From Candidatus Campbellbacteria bacterium GW2011_OD1_34_28 (GTDB lineage Bacteria; Patescibacteriota; Minisyncoccia; Phycocordibacterales; UBA12079): a stretch of 64,000 nucleotides of DNA. The notes below the pieces were generated by a model that saw only the letters and a list, made by a program, of their open reading frames with translations, had not been told where the DNA came from and did not search any database. This document shows, piece by piece, positions 1-8,537 of this stretch (position 1 is its first letter; every line of letters begins with the position of its first letter). The translations under genes were made by a program, and so were the position numbers. The stretch is from contig CP011215.1 of NCBI GenBank assembly GCA_001029775.1, positions 554,303 to 618,302 of the forward strand, read 5' to 3'.

Positions 1-32
1 TTCTTTTGAACGAGATGATGTGTTGTAAATGT

Positions 33-947
33 TTATAGCCATTTTTTGTATTTAAAGAAAATAAAGAACGAGGTCGCTAATGCAAGCATTATTCCAATTA
101 CTATCCAAAAATCATTTTCTGTTCCGATTATTGGCATACTAGTAGCATTCATTCCAAAAATTGCCGCTACCAAAGAAAGCGGAAAAGTAACAAACGCCAT
201 AATGGTTAGTGTTTTTATTGTTTCGTTTTCTTTCGTTGAAAGCAAAGAATTATTTGTTTCTCTTAATTCGTTTAGAGATTCTTTGTTTACTTCAATATTG
301 TGTCTGATTCTTTTATATTCGCCCAATATTGTATCAATTTGTTTATAAAAATCTTTTCCAAACATTCCAGATCCAACCTCTTTCAAAGATTCCAGTGTTT
401 CTTTGTGAGGGTTAGTAGCTTGTTTAGCATTCAAAAGGTCTCTTCCTAAAAAAGAAAGTTCTTTGACCATATTTTTTTCGTCACCTTGAAAAATTCTTTC
501 CTCCACATTTTCTAAAGCGTCTTGAATATACTCCAATTCGTGATTGATAGACTTGTAAAGTTTTTTAACAAGCAGAAAGAAAACATGTTCTGCATTGTTG
601 TTTTTTTCTTTTTTTTCTAGTATCGAATTTACTTCAAATTCTTTTGAAAATTTATGAATTGGATCTATTGTGTCGTATCTTGATGTAATCAAAAAATCTT
701 TTCCAATAACAAAATCTACTTCTTGATTTTCTTCGTATGAATGAGTGTGTCTAAAAGCAGGGAAGTGAAGAATGAGATAAACAAAGTTTTTGTGCAACTC
801 CACCATTGGTTTGAATGTTGGTGTAATAAGGTCGTTTGCAACGCTGGGGTGAATATCAAATTCTTCCATTACCGTGCGAATTTCTTCGGGAGTAGGTTGG
901 AATAGATCAATCCATGTTGTTTCGTTAGAAGTATATCTTTTTAACAT
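33..947 (-). CDS. corA: Magnesium/cobalt transporter CorA
   Basis: 304 aa. C-terminal two TM segments with the GMN motif (GMNATSMP), typical of the CorA family. Confidence 0.8.
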   Translation of the reverse strand: MLKRYTSNETTWIDLFQPTPEEIRTVMEEFDIHPSVANDLITPTFKPMVELHKNFVYLILHFPAFRHTHSYEENQEVDFVIGKDFLITSRYDTIDPIHKFSKEFEVNSILEKKEKNNNAEHVFFLLVKKLYKSINHELEYIQDALENVEERIFQGDEKNMVKELSFLGRDLLNAKQATNPHKETLESLKEVGSGMFGKDFYKQIDTILGEYKRIRHNIEVNKESLNELRETNNSLLSTKENETIKTLTIMAFVTFPLSLVAAIFGMNATSMPIIGTENDFWIVIGIMLALATSFFIFFKYKKWL

Positions 948-1023
948 TTTGAGATTCTGCTTTGGGCAGTTTTATTATAAATAATACTTAAATTTTAACC
1001 TATATTTCATTTTTTTAAACCTA

Positions 1024-1053
1024 TTGACAAAGATATCGTTTTGTGAGATATTA
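1024..1053 (+). promoter_or_regulatory. sigma70-like promoter (TTGACA, about 17-18 nt spacer, ATATTA) for GC-rich cassette at 1098; near-identical to promoter at 4212-4240
   Basis: ttgacaaagatatcgttttgtgagatatta is shared with ttgacaaagatttgttttgtggtaatatt upstream of 4287. RBS ggagg precedes the ATG at 1098. Confidence 0.4.
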
Positions 1054-1097
1054 TTAGACAGGATTTTTCACATTAATTCATTTTTACGGAGGTTCCC

Positions 1098-1322
1098 ATG
1101 AATACTTTTGAAAAGATGGTTTCGGTTGCGTGTATTTTTTTGTTCATCTTGACGATTGTCATGGTGAACAATGGTGTTCACAAGAACAACGAGGCCGTGG
1201 CGGACGAGTTGACTGGCTGTGCCTACTACGATTCGTCGGCGAAGGGCACGGGGTTTACCCAGTGCTCCAACAACAACCCCAGCCCGTCGCTGGTGGCGGG
1301 TGTGACAGGAGGTGTACGATGA
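1098..1322 (+). CDS. small secreted Cys-containing protein (GC-rich cargo gene)
   Basis: 74 aa. RBS ggagg plus ATG. N-terminal hydrophobic signal/TM segment. G+C-rich relative to flanks. Its stop overlaps the next start (ATGA). Confidence 0.5.
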   Translation: MNTFEKMVSVACIFLFILTIVMVNNGVHKNNEAVADELTGCAYYDSSAKGTGFTQCSNNNPSPSLVAGVTGGVR

Positions 1323-1483
1323 ACCGGAAACAGCGCAGGGCGATCGCCAAGACTGTCAACGTCTCCAACTCTATTCCCCGCGCCCCGTGGTATGTTCGCG
1401 GACCGGCACGACTGATGGTTGCTGTCGGAGCACTTAGCGGGCTGATCATGTTCTTTTATATTGCAGCAGAATTGCTCCCGTAG
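1319..1483 (+). CDS. small membrane protein (GC-rich cargo, translationally coupled)
   Basis: 54 aa. ATG at 1319 overlaps the TGA of the upstream ORF, with aggagg 7 nt upstream. C-terminal TM helix. Same frame as track ORF 1130..1483. Confidence 0.45.
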   Translation: MNRKQRRAIAKTVNVSNSIPRAPWYVRGPARLMVAVGALSGLIMFFYIAAELLP

Positions 1484-1500
1484 TGGGGCGAGAGCGAAGA

Positions 1501-1542
1501 GGGTGAGAAGTTTCTTTCAGAAACTTCTCACCCTCTTTTTTA
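1501..1542 (+). terminator. rho-independent terminator
   Basis: gggtgagaagtttc/gaaacttctcaccc hairpin followed by a T-run. Confidence 0.6.
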
Positions 1543-1696
1543 TTTTTCACTATTTAATTTCTTATTTAACAATTAAGATATAAAAAAATTTTTGACTACA
1601 AATCATACGACCGGAAGTTTAAGATTGTTTGTTTGTTATTCTTTTGAATATATTGTTTATAAAAATATTATCTCTATGATATAATTCTTTGCATAT

Positions 1697-2914
1697 ATGA
1701 GTAAAAATTTATCATTGAAAAAAATTGTTCCAGTTATTGTTATCGTTTTTTTGATTACCTCAACTTTTGGTATTGGTTTTTATTTTGGGAAAAATCAAAA
1801 AAAAGGTGTCGAAGCCATAGATAATGTTATTAACAAAGAAGATACTTTGAATACAACAAAAGCCGACTTTAGTGATTTTTGGAGAGCGTGGAATATTTTG
1901 AATGAAAAATATGTTTCTCCTGACGAAATAACAGATCAAGACAAAGTATGGAGTGCTATTCAAGGGCTTGCTTCTTCATACAAAGACCCCTATACAGTTT
2001 TTATGCCACCTGCTGAAAGCGAGATGTTTAACGACGATATACAAGGTTCATTTAGTGGTGTTGGTATGGAAATCGGAATAAGAGACGGAATCATTACTGT
2101 TGTCTCTCCCTTAAAAAATACTCCCGCAGAAAAAGCTGGGATAAAACCAGGAGACAAAATTATAAAAATTGACGAAGAAATAACCTCAAATTTTAATACA
2201 GACCAAGCGGTAAAACTTATTAGAGGAGAAAAGGGAACTGCCGTTAAACTGACAATTTCAAGAGAGGGAGTTGCTGATCTGATAGAGATTTCAGTTATTA
2301 GAGACAATATAAATATTCCAACTATTGATACAGAAAAAAGAGGAGATGTTTTTATAATCAGTTTATACAATTTTTCTGCCACATCACCAAATTTGTTTAA
2401 AGATGCTTTGAGAGAATTCGTAGAATCAAAAACAAATAAATTGGTTTTGGATCTGAGAGGAAACCCAGGAGGATATCTAGAGGCTTCGGTAGATATGGCA
2501 AGTTGGTTTTTACCAGCAGGTAAAGTAATCGTGACAGAAGATTACGGTGCCAATGAAGAAGACAAGGTCCATAGAAGCAAAGGATATAATATCTTTAATA
2601 ATAATCTTAAATTTGTTATACTGGTCAACGGCGGTTCGGCCTCTGCATCTGAAATATTAGCGGGTGCATTAAAAGAACATGGAATTGCTAAAATTGTAGG
2701 AACGAAGACTTTTGGGAAAGGTTCTGTTCAAGAATTGATCAATTTGACACCTGATACATCTTTAAAGATAACAGTGGCAAAATGGCTTACTCCAAATGGA
2801 AACTCAATCTCAAATAATGGTTTAGAGCCAGATGTAAATGTCGAGATTACTCAAGAACAGTTTGAAGATGGTTTGGATCCTCAGTTGGATAAGGCAATAG
2901 AATTACTAAGATAA
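1697..2914 (+). CDS. ctpA: C-terminal processing peptidase (S41 family, PDZ domain)
   Basis: 405 aa. N-terminal TM anchor, PDZ region (GMEIGIRDGIITVVSPLKNTPAEKAGIKPGDKI) and S41 core (GGSASASEILAGALKE...GTKTFGKGSVQ). Confidence 0.8.
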   Translation: MSKNLSLKKIVPVIVIVFLITSTFGIGFYFGKNQKKGVEAIDNVINKEDTLNTTKADFSDFWRAWNILNEKYVSPDEITDQDKVWSAIQGLASSYKDPYTVFMPPAESEMFNDDIQGSFSGVGMEIGIRDGIITVVSPLKNTPAEKAGIKPGDKIIKIDEEITSNFNTDQAVKLIRGEKGTAVKLTISREGVADLIEISVIRDNINIPTIDTEKRGDVFIISLYNFSATSPNLFKDALREFVESKTNKLVLDLRGNPGGYLEASVDMASWFLPAGKVIVTEDYGANEEDKVHRSKGYNIFNNNLKFVILVNGGSASASEILAGALKEHGIAKIVGTKTFGKGSVQELINLTPDTSLKITVAKWLTPNGNSISNNGLEPDVNVEITQEQFEDGLDPQLDKAIELLR

Positions 2915-2928
2915 ATTACTAAAACACT

Positions 2929-3375
2929 ATGAAAGTTATATTATTGCAAAATGTTGCAAAGACAGGTAGAAAATATGAAGTAAAAGATGTTTCCGATGGG
3001 TATGCTTTGAATTTTTTAATTCCAAACAAATTGGCAAAAGTCGCAACGGTTAATGCTTTGAGAGAATTGGAATCAGAAAGATTGCAACATGAACAAAATC
3101 AAAAAACCAAAGAGGTAGACTTGATTGAAAGTATTGAAAAATTGAAAGACTCAAGAGTGAGTATTTCAGCAAAGATTAATGATGAGGGAAAATTGTTTGC
3201 TGGAATTGATAAAGGCGATATTATAGATGCAATCAAAGATCAAAAAGCGCTCGAGATAAATCCTGACAATCTTGTTTTGGATAAACCTATAAAAGAAGCA
3301 TCGGAACACAAGATAACCATAAAGGTTGGGAAAAAATCAGCCGAATTTATTTTGGATATTGTGCCCAGAGATTAA
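2929..3375 (+). CDS. rplI: 50S ribosomal protein L9
   Basis: 148 aa. MKVILLQNVAKTGRKYEVKDVSDGYALNFLIP matches the L9 N-terminal domain. Confidence 0.85.
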   Translation: MKVILLQNVAKTGRKYEVKDVSDGYALNFLIPNKLAKVATVNALRELESERLQHEQNQKTKEVDLIESIEKLKDSRVSISAKINDEGKLFAGIDKGDIIDAIKDQKALEINPDNLVLDKPIKEASEHKITIKVGKKSAEFILDIVPRD

Positions 3376-3384
3376 ATATATAAA

Positions 3385-3420
3385 AATAAAAGTCCTCGCA
3401 ATTGCGAGGACTTTTATTTT
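3385..3420. terminator. bidirectional hairpin terminator between rplI and rpmA
   Basis: agtcctcgcaattgcgaggact is a perfect hairpin flanked by A/T runs. Confidence 0.6.
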
Positions 3421-3692
3421 TAGATGATGTTTACAACTTTTCTTTGTTTTTTTGTTCCGTCAAAATTTTCTTTTCTCTTTGATGTAAATTTTACTTTTCC
3501 TTCTTTAAGAGCAAACAGTGTGTGATCTTTTCCTACTCCTACATTTTTTCCTGCCAATATTTTTGTTCCTCTTTGGCGAACCAAAATAGAACCTGTTTTT
3601 GCAGCTTCTCCGTCGTAAAGTTTTGTTCCTAGATATTTAGGATTTGAATCTGTTAGATTTTTTGCCGATCCTCCGGCTTTCTTATGTGCCAT
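3420..3692 (-). CDS. rpmA: 50S ribosomal protein L27
   Basis: 90 aa. [29 protein letters not shown]...[11 protein letters not shown] is the L27 signature. Confidence 0.85.
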   Translation of the reverse strand: MAHKKAGGSAKNLTDSNPKYLGTKLYDGEAAKTGSILVRQRGTKILAGKNVGVGKDHTLFALKEGKVKFTSKRKENFDGTKKQRKVVNII

Positions 3693-3748
3693 AGTGTTAG
3701 TTTATAGTTATTAGTTTTTAGTTGTTAGTACTGTATAATAAATACAAT

Positions 3749-4108
3749 ATGAGAGAAAGTATAAGACATTTGGTTAATAAAATCAAGTTAATAAGGGACT
3801 TTATTAACAAGGATGATGTTTTTGTGGTTTTGATAATAATTTTTGCTACATCGGCCTCCTTTGGATTAGGCAGAATATCTTCATTTGAAGAAAATAAAGA
3901 TCCTTTGCAGATTGCATCTGCTAATTTGGTACCTGAAAATTATGAGATAAAAGGGAACTATGTGGCGTCAAAAAATGGTACAAAATATCACCTCCCGTGG
4001 TGTTCTGGAGCTCAAACAATAAATGATGCTAATAAAATTTGGTTTGATACAAAAGATGAGGCAGAAAGTAGGGGATATACACCAGCTAAAAATTGTAAGG
4101 GACTATAG
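3749..4108 (+). CDS. membrane-anchored protein with C-terminal Ada-like metal-binding-type motif
   Basis: Likely start at MRESIRH (ATG 3749), with a TM helix. The C-terminal YHLPWC...FDTKDEAESRGYTPAKNC resembles the FY..EA..AGFRPCKRC pattern of the Ada N-terminal domain. Recalled from memory, not searched. Confidence 0.45.
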   Translation: MRESIRHLVNKIKLIRDFINKDDVFVVLIIIFATSASFGLGRISSFEENKDPLQIASANLVPENYEIKGNYVASKNGTKYHLPWCSGAQTINDANKIWFDTKDEAESRGYTPAKNCKGL

Positions 4109-4204
4109 TCCCTTACAATTTTTAGCTAAAATTATAAATTATAATTTTAGCTGAAATTATAAATTATAAATTTTTAAACAAACAAATTTCTTGAAATAAA
4201 CATC

Positions 4205-4240
4205 TTGACAGTTGACAAAGATTTGTTTTGTGGTAATATT
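4205..4240 (+). promoter_or_regulatory. sigma70-like promoter (tandem TTGACA boxes, TAATAT -10) for GC-rich gene 4287
   Basis: ttgacagttgacaaagatttgttttgtggtaatatt. RBS aggagg precedes the ATG at 4287. Related to the promoter at 1024. Confidence 0.4.
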
Positions 4241-4286
4241 TTATCTAGAAACTTTCTCTTTTTAATCTTTTTGAACAGGAGGTGTT

Positions 4287-4853
4287 ATGGCACAGCGTCT
4301 GGTTGCACTTACTGAACTCGGTCAGATTCTCAATCCGCTTTACGATAGCGTCACCCCGAGGATGATGGCATCGGATGATGGGGAGCTCGGTTTTACCGAG
4401 GAGGATTTCCCTGGGCGTCGGGCGGATATGTACATCGTTTGCCACCCCGACAATTCACCGTCAGGATGTTCCGGAGATTTTTTCTCGGCAGATATCCAGC
4501 ATGATATTTTCCCAGACGGGTTCGAGGACGATGGCGAGCTTATTTTTGCCAACGACGAGCACATCTTTCCCGACGAGCAGGCAATGTGTGATCCGGCTTA
4601 CGCCGAGGCGTGGACGCAGTTTGTTGCCGAAAAAGGTGTCAGCTTCACCAATCGGTGGATGAGGACGGAGGACAATGAGACTACCGCCAAATCCCCGACG
4701 AGCCAGCGTCAGCAGGAAAAGATTCTGATTCCGCCGGATTCCGAAAGGTCCTGTCGGAGTCACGGTCGTCGCGGTCGTCGGCACGTCCCGACGATTCCCG
4801 AAAGGATTCGTCACCACAACAAGACGCTTAGCGTCTTGGCACCAGCGGAGTAG
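4287..4853 (+). CDS. acidic Asp/Glu/Phe-rich hypothetical protein (GC-rich cargo)
   Basis: 188 aa. RBS caggaggtgttATG. Strongly G+C-rich, and several overlapping ORFs in other frames are artefacts of that. Hairpin terminator follows. Confidence 0.5.
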   Translation: MAQRLVALTELGQILNPLYDSVTPRMMASDDGELGFTEEDFPGRRADMYIVCHPDNSPSGCSGDFFSADIQHDIFPDGFEDDGELIFANDEHIFPDEQAMCDPAYAEAWTQFVAEKGVSFTNRWMRTEDNETTAKSPTSQRQQEKILIPPDSERSCRSHGRRGRRHVPTIPERIRHHNKTLSVLAPAE

Positions 4854-4861
4854 CAAACTCC

Positions 4862-4895
4862 GCAAAAGAGGCCCCGTAAGGCCTCTTTTTTATTT
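4862..4895 (+). terminator. rho-independent terminator
   Basis: aaagaggccccgtaaggcctctttttt. Confidence 0.6.
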
Positions 4896-4960
4896 TCTCT
4901 CTTGCTACGAAAGCTATTTTTGTGGTAGAGTAAAAATGTTAGAAAATAACTTTAAATACT

Positions 4961-5158
4961 ATGAACAAGATTAAAAAAATGCATCTGTCAAAAACAGACA
5001 AGAAAATAGGCGGAGTTTGTGGTGGAATAGGGGAGACTTTTGAAATTGATTCAACAATAATAAGATTAATTTTTATTTTCCTCGCTTTGGTAACAGAAAT
5101 TATTCCTGCTATCATCATCTACATATTGGCTTGGCTTATTATTCCTAGCAAAATATAA
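4961..5158 (+). CDS. PspC-domain membrane protein
   Basis: 65 aa. KIGGVCGGIGETFEIDSTIIRLIFIFLAL followed by a TM helix is the phage-shock-protein-C domain pattern. Confidence 0.65.
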   Translation: MNKIKKMHLSKTDKKIGGVCGGIGETFEIDSTIIRLIFIFLALVTEIIPAIIIYILAWLIIPSKI

Positions 5159-5261
5159 ATTAAAAAAATAAGAGCAAAAATTTGCTCTTATTTTTTTTAT
5201 CCTTATAATTGTTTGTAGAGAAGTAATTCACTAAATAAAAATCAGAAAAGGGACATTTATT

Positions 5262-5537
5262 ATGAGCATGGGAAATATTTTCTTTTTGTTTGTTGCAATC
5301 CAAGATAAAAATCTACTTCCCAAAGTAATGGAAGAAGTAAGCGATTGGGGAGGAGTTAGGGTTGTTGAAACTCACAGACTCGCGGATACAATTATCACTG
5401 ATAACATTAAAAATGACTGGTTTGTGACTCAGGGGGTTAAACAAGTTGTTTTAGTAAATATTCCAGAAGAAGAATATAAAAAGACGGTTAATAAGTGGTC
5501 CCAATGGACTAATATTCATTCTTTAAATTTTATTTAA
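5262..5537 (+). CDS. hypothetical protein
   Basis: 91-aa ORF with backbone AT-rich composition. No recognisable motif. Confidence 0.3.
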   Translation: MSMGNIFFLFVAIQDKNLLPKVMEEVSDWGGVRVVETHRLADTIITDNIKNDWFVTQGVKQVVLVNIPEEEYKKTVNKWSQWTNIHSLNFI

Positions 5538-5602
5538 GAAGTGCCTGAAAAGGCACTTCTTTTTATATTTTTTTAAATGGAAATGATATAATAGTTTTTA
5601 AT

Positions 5603-6190
5603 ATGAAAGATTTGCAAAATATTTTAAAATTTACAAAATTACTTAATGAATTTCGTAAAATTGAAAGAATGAACCTTTCAAGCAGGGGAGATAGAAAAGA
5701 AAATGATGCTGAACATAGTTATCAACTAGCTATGCTTGGTTGGTATATTTCAACAACACAAAAAATGGATTTAGATTTTAACTTGGTTATTAAATATTCT
5801 TTGATTCATGATTTGGTCGAAATTTATGCAGGGGATACCTATGTTTACACCAAAAATATTGATCTTAAAAACAGTCAAAAAGAAAGAGAATTTTCATCTT
5901 TAGAAAGATTAAAATCTGAATTTGGAGAAATCTCGGATATTTTTGACCTTATAGAGGAATATGAGAAAAGAGAAAATAAGGAATCGAAATTTGTGTATGC
6001 GTTAGATAAGGTTGAACCAATGATAAGTAATTATCTTCACAGAGGTAAGGTTTGGAAAGAAAATAATATTAAACTGGAAAATATAATAAATCATAAAATA
6101 AATAAAGTAAGTGAGGATAAAGAAGTAGAAAGGATCTTTAAAAAATTGATTGAGCTTATGAGGAAAGAGGAAAAAGATTTGTTTAATTAA
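5603..6190 (+). CDS. HD-domain phosphohydrolase (YfbR/5'-deoxynucleotidase-like)
   Basis: 195 aa. DAEHSYQLAMLGWYI...IHDLVEIYAGD shows the H..HD..D metal ligand pattern. Confidence 0.65.
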   Translation: MKDLQNILKFTKLLNEFRKIERMNLSSRGDRKENDAEHSYQLAMLGWYISTTQKMDLDFNLVIKYSLIHDLVEIYAGDTYVYTKNIDLKNSQKEREFSSLERLKSEFGEISDIFDLIEEYEKRENKESKFVYALDKVEPMISNYLHRGKVWKENNIKLENIINHKINKVSEDKEVERIFKKLIELMRKEEKDLFN

Positions 6191-6352
6191 ATAGAGGTAT
6201 GCTGGTACCTCTATTTGTAGGGAGAAGGCCTAAAAGGCCCTGTTTATTTATTATTGCAGTGTCGCACAATATACCTTTTGCGACATTGAATAATCAAAAT
6301 AAAGCCCCCTCTTTATATATTTATAGTGTTCGAGAGGAGGCTTTTTATTGTA

Positions 6353-6697
6353 TTAGTTAACTAAATCAAAAAATATTTCTGCTTCTTCCTTTTGTGAAAT
6401 ACTTGAGAAAAGATAAGCTTGTTTATTTTTCATTGCTGTATCTATTTTATTGTATTTTTCTGTTCCTTCACAATATTTTAATACTTCAACAAAACTAAAA
6501 TCTTTTTCCAAGTACTGAATATACAAATTGGTCGAGTTTCTACTTTTTGCTTCAAAAACGTCCACAGTTGAGTCAATTTTGACCACAAGGATATAACAGC
6601 CGTTCTTTGAGTAGTTTGCTAACGCTTTTTCCTGATTGATAGTTAGAAATGTAATAAATACTAAACCTAAAAAGATTGCTACATTTTTCATCTGCAT
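6353..6697 (-). CDS. secreted hypothetical protein
   Basis: 114 aa with an N-terminal signal peptide (MKNVAIFLGLVFITFLTINQEKALA). Confidence 0.4.
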   Translation of the reverse strand: MQMKNVAIFLGLVFITFLTINQEKALANYSKNGCYILVVKIDSTVDVFEAKSRNSTNLYIQYLEKDFSFVEVLKYCEGTEKYNKIDTAMKNKQAYLFSSISQKEEAEIFFDLVN

Positions 6698-6869
6698 TTC
6701 CCTCTTTCAAAATTTTAAAATAGATATAAGGCAAATTTCTAAAGTTTACATTAGCATCTTTTGTTTAAAAAAGAAACAGTTTTAATTTTTTAAGAACCAA
6801 CAGTCAAAAACCACAAAATTATGACAAAGATAGATAATATTATAACTAGTAGATGATCCCACATATTAT

Positions 6870-7178
6870 TTATTGAATATTTACACTAGGAGCCATTTCT
6901 TGAATTGTTGTTGGATCCCCTGCTTTTATTCTTTCCATATTTTCAACAAAGCTACTCCAAAGCAAATCTATAAAAATATCATTCCAAAAATATAATACAG
7001 GGCCGGCTAGATATGTATTCCAGAAATTGGTGACCAACCCCCAAGCATAACCCAGGTTTTCTTGTGTCTGCGGTGCCTCTACAATACCTCTCAAATTGAA
7101 TCCAAAGTAACTTAATATAATAATACCGATTATAATAACCAAGACTAATTGCAAAAATCCAGAATTTTTATTTATCAT
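6870..7178 (-). CDS. small membrane hypothetical protein
   Basis: 102 aa. One TM helix after the N-terminus. Confidence 0.4.
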   Translation of the reverse strand: MINKNSGFLQLVLVIIIGIIILSYFGFNLRGIVEAPQTQENLGYAWGLVTNFWNTYLAGPVLYFWNDIFIDLLWSSFVENMERIKAGDPTTIQEMAPSVNIQ

Positions 7179-7240
7179 AAATTAAATTATACTATTAAAA
7201 ATAAACTTTAAAAACAAGATTATTAACAGCAATCTTTGGT

Positions 7241-8536
7241 TTAGTATTTTGGTAGATAAGACATTGGATTTAAGTAAGCATCGCGAGAAGCCAAAGGAAT
7301 ATATTTGTCTTTGCAATTTATACTATTTTCAAATTTTGTAATCTGAACTCCTTTGCTAGCATAAACACCAAAGTGAAGATGCGGTCCTGTTGAATATCCT
7401 GTGTTACCGCTGTAACCGATTATGTCGCCGGCGTTAACACTTTGACCAGGATTTACTTTTATTAAAGAAAGGTGGGCATACAAAGTAGATAATCCATTTG
7501 GGTGCTCTACAAGAACCCATTTTCCATAGGAATAACACTTTGGAGGTACAGAATCTGTATTTCCTGTTCCTTTGACGACACCCTCCATGGCAGAGAGTAC
7601 TTTTGTACCAGAAGATGCTCTAAAATCGATTCCAGGGTGTCCGTTTCCGTTATAAACCTGAGGATTGCTAGTAGAAAAAGGAGTATTCCCAAAAAATTGA
7701 GTTATATAAATACTCTCTAACGGCCAACCCAAAATACCATAATTTGCATCTGGAAGACTGGTCGGGTCAATTTCTATTTTTAGTTGTGATTCCAATCTTT
7801 GGATTTCTTGAAGCACCTCTTCCATCAATTTCTTTTTTTCTTCCAATTGTTTTTTATAAAGAGATTCTTTATTTGCTGTAACCGAAAGAAGCTGGTCTTT
7901 TTCTTTTTTATTATAATCAATGATTTGTTTTTGATCGGCCAGCTGAGATTTATAATTTAATAATTCCCTTTCTTTCATTTCAGATTCTGTTTTAACTGTC
8001 TCCAGACTGCTTTTCAGCGTTACTAATTCATTAGTCTTTCTCCTTATGTCCATTTGTAATCTTTGGAGGCTGTCAAAGTCATCCCAAAATTCAGAAAGGT
8101 CTCTTTGAGAAAGCAAAATCTCAATAAGAGAGTTTGAGTCTTGTTCGTTTATTATTTTTACTATTTCGCCAAGCGCAGTATTGTTTTGATTAATTAATCT
8201 TTCTTTATCTCCAATATCAACTGACAATTTTTGAACAGTTAATCCTGTTGATTGAATTTTGTTGTCTGTTAGATTTATATCGGTAGATAGTTTTTTCCTA
8301 TCCAAGTTTAAGCGGTATATTTCGTTGTTTAGAGATTTTTTTTCTTCACTAACTTTATTTAATTCCTCTTGGTATTTTTTTATTTCTTTTTCCAAGTCTC
8401 CTATGCTAGATGATTTGGATTGAATTTGGTTTTTTATGTCGTCAATTATGGAAGCATTTATAAAGGACGGCTTTAACAAGCCTAACGAAAGTATTATAAA
8501 AAATAATATTAATAGTCTAAATTTGTCTTGAAACAT
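7241..8536 (-). CDS. M23-family peptidoglycan endopeptidase with N-terminal coiled coil (EnvC-like)
   Basis: 431 aa. Signal/TM, long coiled-coil region, and a C-terminal M23 domain (GHPGIDFRA...YAHLS...GYSGNTGYSTGPHLHFGVY). Confidence 0.75.
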   Translation of the reverse strand: MFQDKFRLLILFFIILSLGLLKPSFINASIIDDIKNQIQSKSSSIGDLEKEIKKYQEELNKVSEEKKSLNNEIYRLNLDRKKLSTDINLTDNKIQSTGLTVQKLSVDIGDKERLINQNNTALGEIVKIINEQDSNSLIEILLSQRDLSEFWDDFDSLQRLQMDIRRKTNELVTLKSSLETVKTESEMKERELLNYKSQLADQKQIIDYNKKEKDQLLSVTANKESLYKKQLEEKKKLMEEVLQEIQRLESQLKIEIDPTSLPDANYGILGWPLESIYITQFFGNTPFSTSNPQVYNGNGHPGIDFRASSGTKVLSAMEGVVKGTGNTDSVPPKCYSYGKWVLVEHPNGLSTLYAHLSLIKVNPGQSVNAGDIIGYSGNTGYSTGPHLHFGVYASKGVQITKFENSINCKDKYIPLASRDAYLNPMSYLPKY

Positions 8537-8537
8537 T

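Noticed and set aside
4245-4865. Overlapping ORFs in other frames and strands inside the GC-rich island (4245..4445-, 4340..4564-, 4375..4662+, 4461..4865-)
   Set aside because: High G+C suppresses stop codons in all frames. Only 4287..4853 has an RBS plus ATG, a promoter and a downstream terminator. The same logic was applied to 14009..14893 minus-strand ORFs, 44899..45174, 62118..62303 and 63623..63963.
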